A model generated the notes under the pieces. It had not been told where the DNA came from. It ran no database searches and was given only the letters and a program-made list of their open reading frames with translations. A stretch of DNA of 62,054 nucleotides, counting the filler, from Trypethelium eluteriae (Eukaryota), in the NCBI GenBank assembly GCA_051942245.1. It is 2 parts of 2 records of this genome, joined end to end, with 100 filler letters (N's around TTAATTAATTAA, not from the genome) between each part and the next. Parts side by side here need not be neighbours in the genome. Positions count along the whole stretch, not along the records: positions 1 to 30,990 come from JAVECL010000280.1; 1 more part is not named here. The stretch is one strand, 5' to 3'. Numbering within the stretch: position 1 is the stretch's first letter; each line of letters opens with the position of its first letter. The translations under genes were made by a program, and so were the position numbers. Positions 9,748 to 18,603 of this stretch are shown here, in pieces.

Positions 9748-12700
9748 ATGTCGAACTCTAAGGAGTACACCGTTGCATGGATTTGCGCTATACATACCGA
9801 ATATGTAGCCGCGCAAGCCTTGCTCGATGAAAGACACAAGGCCCCTGAATATGTGTCTCCTAATGACAACAATCATTACACATTGGGCAAATTTGGGAAA
9901 CATAATGTGGTCATTGCGGTCTTACCCGATGGGGAATATGGTATAATCGCTGCATCAAGCGTTGCAAAAGACATAGTCCACACCTTCTCCAATATTAGAA
10001 TCGGGTTGGTGGTTGGAATTGCTGGTGGAGCACCGAGTTTAACGCACGACATTCGTCTGGGTGATATTGTAGTCAGTGCTCCTCGCGATGGCAAAGGTGG
10101 TGTATTCCAATACGACTTTGGCAAGACCATACAAAATCAGAGCTTCCATTCAACAGGCTTCTTAAACCAGCCACCCAAGGTATTAAGAGCGGCGGTGGCT
10201 GGTCTCAGAGCGCAATACGAGGTCGAAGGCCATCAGCTTCGAGATACTATCAATGGTGGGCTGAAGAGAAAACCACGATTATGGAAGAAGTATCAGCGAC
10301 CAGACCCAGCCACTGACCACTTGTACAAATCTGACGTCATCCACGTACAACAAGGAACCAGCTGTGCGGTAGCCTGCGGTGATAGTCCATCGACTTTGGT
10401 TTCACGGGACGAACGCACTGAAGACGAAGATGATCCAACTATACACTACGGATTAATTGCTTCTGCAAACCAATTAATGAAGGATGCTGAAATACGGGAT
10501 AAGCTAGCAGAGGAGATGGATGTCCTTTGCTTTGAGATGGAGGCGGCCGGCCTCATGAACGACTTTCCATGTCTTGTTATCCGCGGTGTATGCGATTACT
10601 CAGACACTCACAAGAACAACCATTGGCAGGGCTATGCTGCAATGGCAGCGGCTGCGTATGCAAAAGATCTCCTCTCTCAGATCGCACCAACACAATTAGA
10701 GATGGAAAGAAAAGTCGTGGATGTACTCGATTCTTGTCGGTAGCATAAAGTCTTTAAATCTGCATTGGCTCTACTAATTTTCAATTTAGTCCAACGGACC
10801 ATACTGGGAACGCAAGATGCTATGCAGAGGCTAGAATTCATACATCAGAATCAACAAATAGATCGCTGGCTACACCCCCCAGATCCATCAACGAATTTCA
10901 ACAAAGCTTTGCAATTGCGCCAGAAAGGCACAGGGTCTTGGTTGTTGAAACATCCAGCTTTTAATAAATGGACGACAAAACCTGGCTCCTTTCTTTGGCT
11001 ACATGGTATCCCGGGGTGCGGAAAAACTGTCCTAAGTACAACTGTCCTTGAGGAGCTACGACAACGTCTAGCATGCCGCCCTCTTCTCTACTTCTTCTGT
11101 GATTTCAATGATGCGATGAAGCGAACCTTGGAGCAAATTGTCCGCTCCCTCATCAGCCAACTTTATTACCAGCAGAAGACCAGTCAAGCTTCATTGGAGC
11201 GATGCTTCTCCTCGCGTGATGAGGGGAGATCGCAGCCTTCCTGTGAAGCACTCTGCAACACCTTTGTAGATATGATCAAAGGCGCTTCGGAAGTCTGGAT
11301 TCTAATTGATGCCCTTGATGAATGTACGACTAGAAGTGGCCACTGGACTGAAGGTATCCTTCCATGGATGGCGTATATCTTTCAGCTTGAAGGCACCAAC
11401 ATCCACCTTCTCATCACCAGTCGATTGGAACAGGACATTCAAGCTTCAATAAGCGATTGGAACTTCAACAAGGATATAATTTCTCTTCAAAGCGAGATTG
11501 TTGCTGATGATATCCGTGCGTACGTTCGGGCAAGAATCAGAGAGGACACAGAACTTAAACGTTGGCAATTTCGGCCAGACGTCCAGCGCGAGATTGAGAT
11601 CAACTTAGTAGATAGAGCACATGGAATGTAAACATATTGTTCCCTCTCAATGTGTATCCTATCTTCTATGCATATGCTAAGATTTGCTAGGTTCCGATGG
11701 GTTGCATGCCAGCTAGATGCGCTCGCTAATTACCTCGACTATCGAAGTTTACGCAATACTCTCGCCACCCTTCCAAAGGCGCTAGATGAGACATACGATC
11801 GCATCCTACAAAAAATCCCTGATGAGTATATCGAAAGCTCAATTCGCGCCCTTCAGTTTGTGACCTTCTCCAAGAGACCATTGTCTGTCAAAGAAGTCAG
11901 AGATGCAATTGCGGTGGATCCAGAATATGAACCCCATTTTGATCGAAAGAATAGGATGCCAGACCCGCGAGAGATCTTGCGGCATTGTTCAAGCCTAGTA
12001 GTCTTTGTATCCATCGATAAGAACGACGATGACAGCGACGATGACAGCGACGATGACTACGACGATGACAACGACAATGTGCTCGACCAGGTGCTTCAAT
12101 TGGCACATTTCTCTGTCAAAGAGTATTTTACGTCGATGCGGATCCTTGCAAAGTTTGGCGGAAACTTTGAAGAAGCCACGGCGAGTAGTTCCATCGCAAA
12201 AGTTTGTGTGGCTTATATGTTGAATTTCAACGAAGATGATTCAAAAGACAATGTTGTACATGAATTTCCATTTGCACACTATGCTGCCGCATACTGGATG
12301 GACCATTCGGTCCTCCGCAGAGAACGAGACCAACATTTACACAAACTAATCATGCAATCTTTCCGAAAGAGCTCGTACATCTTCTGGCTTCGCCTTCGTC
12401 CCCCGGGATTGGTTTATGAACTGACTTACAACAAGTCACCAGCCAGTCCCTTATACTATGTATCGCTAGGAGGTCTGATAGACGAAGCTAAAAAAAATGG
12501 TATTGGACGGAGCAGATGTAAATGCTAGAGGCGGTTTCTTCGGAAACGCTCTCCTGGCGGCATTATCAAACGGCCATGATCAGGTTGCCAGGCTACTTCT
12601 AGACAAAGGTGCTGATGTGAATATTCAGAGCAGAAATAGCGATACAGCACTCAATGGAGCAGCATTTTATGGCTTTGAGGAGATTGTTCGGCTACTTATA

Positions 12701-14089
12701 GACCGAGGTGCTGATGTCAACGGTTTTAACAATGATGGCCAGACGCCACTCCAGGAGGCAGTATCCCGCGGCTTTGAGGAAATTGTCCGGCTACTTCTAG
12801 ACCGAGGTGCTGATGTCAGCGATCTGGACAATGATGGCCAGACGCCACTCCAGGAGGCAGCATCCCACGGCTTTGAGGAGATTGTCCGGCTACTTCTAGA
12901 CCGAGGTGTTGATGTCAACGATCCGGGCGATTCTCGCCAGACGGCACTCCACAGGGCATCGTCCACAGGCCATGCGGAGACTGTCCAGCTACTTTTGGAC
13001 CGAGGTGCTGATGTCCACGCTCAGAATGATATGGGCGAGACAGCACTCGAGGAGGCAGCATCCGGCGGCTACAACCGAATCGTCGAGCTGCTGCTTGATA
13101 AGGGTGCCGATTCTAGTTGTGAAGCTCTCGTAGGCGCTTCATTTGAAGGCCATACACAGACCGTCGAGCTACTGCTTGATAAAGGTGCCGATGCTAGTTG
13201 TGAAGCTCTCGTAAGCGCTTCGTCTGGAAACCATACACAGATCGTTGAACTACTGCTTAATAGGGGTGCTGATGCTAATTGTGAAGCTCTCGTAAATGCT
13301 TCATCTGGAGGCCATACACAGACCGTTGAGCTACTGCTTAATAGGGGTGCTGATGCTAGTTATGAAGCTCTCATAACTGCTTTATCTAAAGGTTATACAG
13401 AGACCGTTGAGCTACTGCTTAGTAGGGGTGCTGATGCTAATTGTAAAGCTCTCATAACTGCTTCGTTTAAAGGCCATGCGCAGATCGTCGAGCTGCTGCT
13501 TGAAAAAGCCGCCGATATCAACAGTCAAGGCAGTGGTCACTACCGCGACGTATTTGAAGCGAGTTGGAAGCAAGGCGATATCCGTGATGATGTGGACCGT
13601 AGAGAAATCCGGAAGATGCTACTGGGTAAAGCTGCTGCTGATGTCAACAGGCAGGACGGGTACTTCCTCGATAAATTGAAGGAGCATTCGTTGGGTGTCG
13701 ATCAGATCATCGATATTCTGCTGGACGACAGAGCGAGCTTCTTCGCGTTCTATGTGGCGTTGTCTGACGGTCATACACACATCGTAAGGCTACTGGTGAA
13801 CGAATTTGCGGCCGATATCGAAAAGAAGCGTGGGTCCTTCCTCAACGAACCCCAAGAGCGCTCACTGGATATGGATCGTTTCAACAGGCTCCTGTATCTA
13901 CTCTCAGAGAGGAACCCCAATACCAAGGCTATTCTTGCACTCGACACAGCTGCTTCAGAAGCCGAAATGGAATTATTTGAGCGGTTGCTGGATCGTTTCC
14001 TCCCCAACGTTCCCTCAAAGTCAAGGTTAAGCGATAGGTCGAATCCACTGACTGCAGGCCTTGACCGGCGGCATCCAGCTTTCTACTGA
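9748..14089 (+). CDS. Fungal NLR: PNP_UDP_1 nucleosidase - NACHT - winged helix - ankyrin repeats; frameshifted at 12490-12497
   Basis: PNP motifs YTVAWICA, VGIAGG, FEMEAAG and IRGVCDYSD. NACHT Walker A GIPGCGKT and Walker B ILIDALDEC. Introns 10736-10789 and 11628-11690 splice in frame (the second gives GMFRWV). LAHFSVKEY winged-helix motif, then about 12 ankyrin repeats in ORF 12497..14089, which is one base out of frame. Confidence 0.92.
12025..12078 (+). repeat. 12-bp coding tandem repeat (GACGATGACAGC-like) giving an Asp-rich insertion
   Basis: gacgatgacagc gacgatgacagc gacgatgactac gacgatgacaac encodes DDDSDDDSDDDYDDDN. Confidence 0.85.
12671..12967 (+). repeat. 99-bp near-identical tandem ankyrin-coding repeats
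   Basis: GGCTTTGAGGA starts at 12671, 12770 and 12869 (period 99). The units encode GFEEIVRLLLDRGADV...DGQTPLQEA. Confidence 0.9.
13103..13507 (+). repeat. 81-bp tandem repeats encoding five shortened 27-aa ankyrin units
   Basis: GGTGCCGA occurs at 13103 and 13184, and the 81-bp period continues. Units read GADxxxxALxxAxxxxxxxxVELLLxx. Confidence 0.9.
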
Positions 14090-14755
14090 AATTTCTGGCA
14101 TCGTTGGCATTCTCAAGGCTAACTTCACCGACTAAAGAAGGTGCCGGTACTGTAAGTTTTGAACAAAATCGGCATCATGGGAATGAGCGTTGTGTGTTAA
14201 GCGATTGGCACGCAATGAGATTTCCAATAACGGGAAGTAGCGGATCCAACCTCACAGACGTTGCTGGGCAGTGGAAGTGCTTTGTCGATATAAGTTGTTG
14301 AACAGTTACGAAGAAACAATGTTGTCAATGGATGGTATTTATCAATGGTTGAAAGAGAGAAATCGAGAAGTTAGTAATGCACTGGGTTGTCCAATACGTA
14401 TAGCCATGGAACATGTAAGTTGCTTGACGTAGGTAGCCTTTCCTTATCACTCGCTAATATCTACCACAGGAGACGAATCTACATCTCCATTACTGTCATC
14501 ATGTCAAAAGCGATGATACACCAACATCGTCACTGCGTTCTGCTACGACAGACTCAATTGTCTCACGAACCCCCTATGTCTAAATACAAACAACGAAGCG
14601 AAAGACATGCGTTCCCAATTCACCCTATGCCAAAAGCCTTGTCCAAAATCGAAAAGTGGCGTAAAGGTGTAAATGCGACAAATGCGAGAGATCCGATAAA
14701 TGCGTAAAAGCCGCTGGACATGACACAGAATAGAACGCGTACAGCCATGCAACGC

Positions 14756-16522
14756 TTACCACGTAAACGCATTTTCTACAAAATCGATGTTCCCCCTCTC
14801 ATACCGCACCCGCGCCGCCCTCCGGACATCATCACTCAGACTGCCCGTCCCACACACCGACACGGCCATGGCGCCAATCTGGCCCTCCTGCTCCGCCTGC
14901 ACCAAAGCATCCACATTCGGCTTCCCAGGAAACATCTGAACGCTACTCGAGGGCGAATGGATCTCCTTGGTACTCCGAGGCCGCGTAACAAAGAGCAGGA
15001 TCTTGAGGATCTCGCGCCGGCGCTCCATGCTGAGGATCTGCGTCATCCAGGGCCGTATCCACTCGAGGTGCTCGGGCGACTGGATGATCCAGACGAGGAC
15101 GAGCTTGCGGGTAGCGACGGTGCCGTTGGCGTGGCCGGCGACGAGGTCGCGCACGTGCGGCACCTGGTGCGTGATGCCGATGCCGGCGGCGAAGAGCATG
15201 ACAGTGCCGTAGGAGCGCAGGCTCTGGCTGCCGTACGGGCCCTCGACGAAGGCCGAGGCGATGTATTTGCCGTTGGGAGAGGCGCTGGCTTTGTTGTAGA
15301 GTTTCTCGGTGAAGCCGGTGCGACGGCGGATGACAAAGGACATGGAGGTTTTGCGGAAGCGGAGGAGGTCTTCGCTGCTCATGGGGAGCTTTTCGGTGCT
15401 GAGGTCGGTTTCTTCGTCGGACCAGGCGAGGGAGAAGGGGTGCGACATCCAAAGGCCAATAGAAGGCATATAGAGGTAGGCGTGCTGACCGGGCGTAAAT
15501 TTCCAGGGACGTGCCATGTGTAAGGTGACCTTGACGGCATCTCCAGGGAGAACGTCGACTTCGGCTTTGGTGCCACCACGACCGACATTGCGGATAATAA
15601 TAATGGCAAGGCGAGCAAAGCGGTCAACTGCCCAAGCTGCGACGATGACGTAGAGCAACGGCATCTGTGGGCTTCCCTGAAGATGGTACCAAAGGGCGGC
15701 CACAGAAACGATAACAAGGGCAATATGGAGGTGGAGGAAGACCTCGTAGAAGGCGTGGCGGACGGGTGAAGGCGACTGGAGCAAAATAACCAAGAAGGCA
15801 AAGCCAGCGACGACTCCTGTTATGATCATCTGTTCCTTCATAGCCTTGTTGAAGTACGACCAGCCGGCCATTTGAACCTTTGGAATGACGTAGCCAAGGG
15901 AGTGAGCAATGCCTTCCAGGACAACAATCCGACCGAACCAGCGGTGGTACATGTTGAAGGTGTCAAAGGGAATGTCGAGTATTTTGATCAAGGGGTTGGA
16001 GCGTCCAGCCATAATGAACAAGGGGATCATGTTCATGACTGAGAGAGTACCAGTGCGATTGCGGAACAGCTGGCCAACTTGAGCCTCATTTCCAGACCAG
16101 GGAAGATCGATTACGCAGAAAGCGACATTGACAGCGAAATAACCGATGAGGAAAAAGGCCTGGAGACGGGTCGGGAGAGTTCCCATGTTGACAGCACGGG
16201 ACAGCATGAACTCCCGATTGTGACGTTTCCGAGATATTGGGGCATCAAAGACGTAGCGTTTGAGCGTGGCAGTGGTCGTATTCGGTGCGGCGAAGAAGCG
16301 TTGGGTATCATTGTTGAGGCAGGCGATAGTTCGTAGATATCCATTGACGTACTTGTAAACCCGCCAGAACAGGAGCAGACCGACAGCGACTGCCAAGATG
16401 AGGAATAACCACATCACCAACCTCCAATTTTCTGTATCTGCCGGACCACCATCATCTTCAGCAACGACAAGTTGGGCGGCAACTGCGAAGGATGCCCATC
16501 GTAGGACAGATCGTGAATTCAT
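14756..16522 (-). CDS. Ferric/cupric reductase transmembrane component (FRE/NOX superfamily)
   Basis: NRTG, heme-ligand regions YHRWFGRIVVLEGIAH and FLHLHIAL..LWYH, FAD motifs PGQHAYL and HPFS, EGPYG, NADPH motif AAGIGIT, CGT..L, and terminal ENAFTW. The likely start is MNSRSV (ATG 16522), which has a signal-like N-terminus. Confidence 0.92.
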   Translation of the reverse strand: MNSRSVLRWASFAVAAQLVVAEDDGGPADTENWRLVMWLFLILAVAVGLLLFWRVYKYVNGYLRTIACLNNDTQRFFAAPNTTTATLKRYVFDAPISRKRHNREFMLSRAVNMGTLPTRLQAFFLIGYFAVNVAFCVIDLPWSGNEAQVGQLFRNRTGTLSVMNMIPLFIMAGRSNPLIKILDIPFDTFNMYHRWFGRIVVLEGIAHSLGYVIPKVQMAGWSYFNKAMKEQMIITGVVAGFAFLVILLQSPSPVRHAFYEVFLHLHIALVIVSVAALWYHLQGSPQMPLLYVIVAAWAVDRFARLAIIIIRNVGRGGTKAEVDVLPGDAVKVTLHMARPWKFTPGQHAYLYMPSIGLWMSHPFSLAWSDEETDLSTEKLPMSSEDLLRFRKTSMSFVIRRRTGFTEKLYNKASASPNGKYIASAFVEGPYGSQSLRSYGTVMLFAAGIGITHQVPHVRDLVAGHANGTVATRKLVLVWIIQSPEHLEWIRPWMTQILSMERRREILKILLFVTRPRSTKEIHSPSSSVQMFPGKPNVDALVQAEQEGQIGAMAVSVCGTGSLSDDVRRAARVRYERGNIDFVENAFTW

Positions 16523-18603
16523 GGTCGAAGTGGATGTCAGTACTTTTTTGATGTCGAGATAGAAAATTTCAGGTCGATCGTCAGCGTTGATGAAGTTGTT
16601 AGAATGCAAATGCCTGAATAGCCAGCAGCCAGGCGACAAAAAGCGTGGCTCGTGTTAAGTAACCGGGGTCAAGCGAATGAGTGACTGCGAGGTCAGATGT
16701 CTTTGAAAGAATCGAAAGAACAAAGGCTCAATAAGAAACTATTGATTTCTTTGAGCAAGTGTGATATCAGGACAGGCGGAACCGTGAAGGGCGGACGAGA
16801 ACGATTCACTGGTAAGCAGCCTGGCGAAGAAAGGAAGAGGGCTTCGTAGAAGCCTGAATGAGAGAACGCTGTCCGCTTGGGACGCAGATTTGAGGCTGGG
16901 CAAAGCTACAGAAGAGAGTGGGAGGGCGTGATGGCGATATGAGTAAAAGCACCGCCCAGTACAACGACGACGCCAGCGGTCATAATCAGAACGGGGAATT
17001 GAGGTGGATGCAGATTAATGAAGGTAGGGGTAGTCGGGAAGCTAAATGCCGGAAAGAATAGAGGCGTGGAGGGCAGGATGTTTGACGGCATCGACATTCT
17101 TGGCGCCTGGCTGGGAGAGAATGAAGCTGGTGGAGAGGGGCGAACAAGGAGGGACGGCGGTGCTAACCCTCAAACAGGCCTGGGCGGGGCCAAACAAGGC
17201 GCACAAGCAAGGATGATGTGGACTGGCTCGTTTCCATGCGTCAGTGAACGCGGTGGCCGTTGAGGGGCCCCCCAGAAGGCGCCCTCCTTCATCAGATCGA
17301 AGCAAAAGTTAGGAGAGTGGTCAGCGAATCGGGCGCGTCAGCGGGTCAAAGCCAAGGGTCGAGGTCGAAGCCAGAGCAGACGAGTGTGCCATAGGTTGAT
17401 CGCTGCAGGGGTTGACGCAGGCACCGAACATCCTGAGCCACCCATTGCACCCCGGAACCGCCGCCTTCGCAGGGGTAAGGTTTTGTCGATGCCCGGTCTA
17501 GCCGTTTCACGAGAATTAACTCACCTCCACTCAATCGCTACCATCGGTCTCACCACCTCCTCCATTCCACCACTTAGCACCGCCGTTCCAAGCAGTTCAG
17601 CAAACAGTCTCGCCTGGCCCGATGATCCTGCTCGTCAGGATAGTGGTGACGGGCAGGTGGCATTGGTTGGTACATGGATAGCTATGGGAATCGATACCTC
17701 GGGTTGGCGAGGGAAAAGTGGCGTCGTTCTTTATCTTATCGCTTGAACCACCCGACTGGGCACCCGATTGGGCAGCCGCTGCCTTTTCGCAGAGTGGCTC
17801 CCTTGTCTTATCCACTATCAACACCTGGGCCACCAACCTACCATACAACCACACAACCACGTATTTCATGTATCACCAGACAGTTTTCAATTGCATGGTT
17901 CTCCAGAGCCGCATTGCGTCGTCAGACTATGGTACCTTATTAGATCAGGTCATCTGATTCAAGCGTTCAACGTCTCATCGATCTTTGCTGTCGACGACTT
18001 GTATGGCCGATGCTCGCCCCGTTTACCCAGGGCGCCAGCGTGCGCATCTACAAGAAACGGCTCCAGATCGCGACCACTATACTGAAGACGCGTGTATGAT
18101 CACGCCAAATCCCTCATAAATCTCGTCTTAACCTGTTTCGATGTTACCGAGCTGGCTTGTGCTCTGCACAACTCTCTCCTACCTTCTTCAGGGATGTTGT
18201 GACAAATTCGGTATCAGAGCTTTGAGTCAGCCACCCTACTCCACATACAGCACATTTGCTTTCAAATGAACTCTTGAAAGAGCCGTCCCTATATTGCCAC
18301 TATTTTGATCAAACGTCGTTCCAGGTTCGTTCCTGCTGTGTTTGCGTTCGTCACCTATTTCGGATTGAGGCTCCTGTCTCCTTGCATTGTTATCCACTAC
18401 CATGTCGACTTGCATGAATCTCGCAGTTTATTTGCGGAGGATATCCCATTCAAGAGCAAAGAAAATCCCGCAAAGACCCCATGACGACTGAAACCCCAAC
18501 ACCGACAGTCGACTGTGCGAACGTCCGCCAATCCTATGCCTGATTCCTACGAACGTTGGGTCCCAAAGTTGGTCATCATTACATCTGCCTTCATGCCTGA
18601 GAC

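Noticed and set aside
12505..12528. Truncated NLR product ends in CKC, resembling a CXC prenylation motif
   Set aside because: The tail comes from the shifted frame of ankyrin-coding sequence, so it is most likely chance.
12671..13507. Regularly spaced DNA repeats resembling a CRISPR-like array
   Set aside because: They are in-frame ankyrin-coding repeats in a eukaryotic gene and have no unique spacers.
14720..15801. Several long overlapping ORFs on both strands
   Set aside because: They are explained by high GC3 codon bias in the ferric reductase, and none has a recognisable motif.
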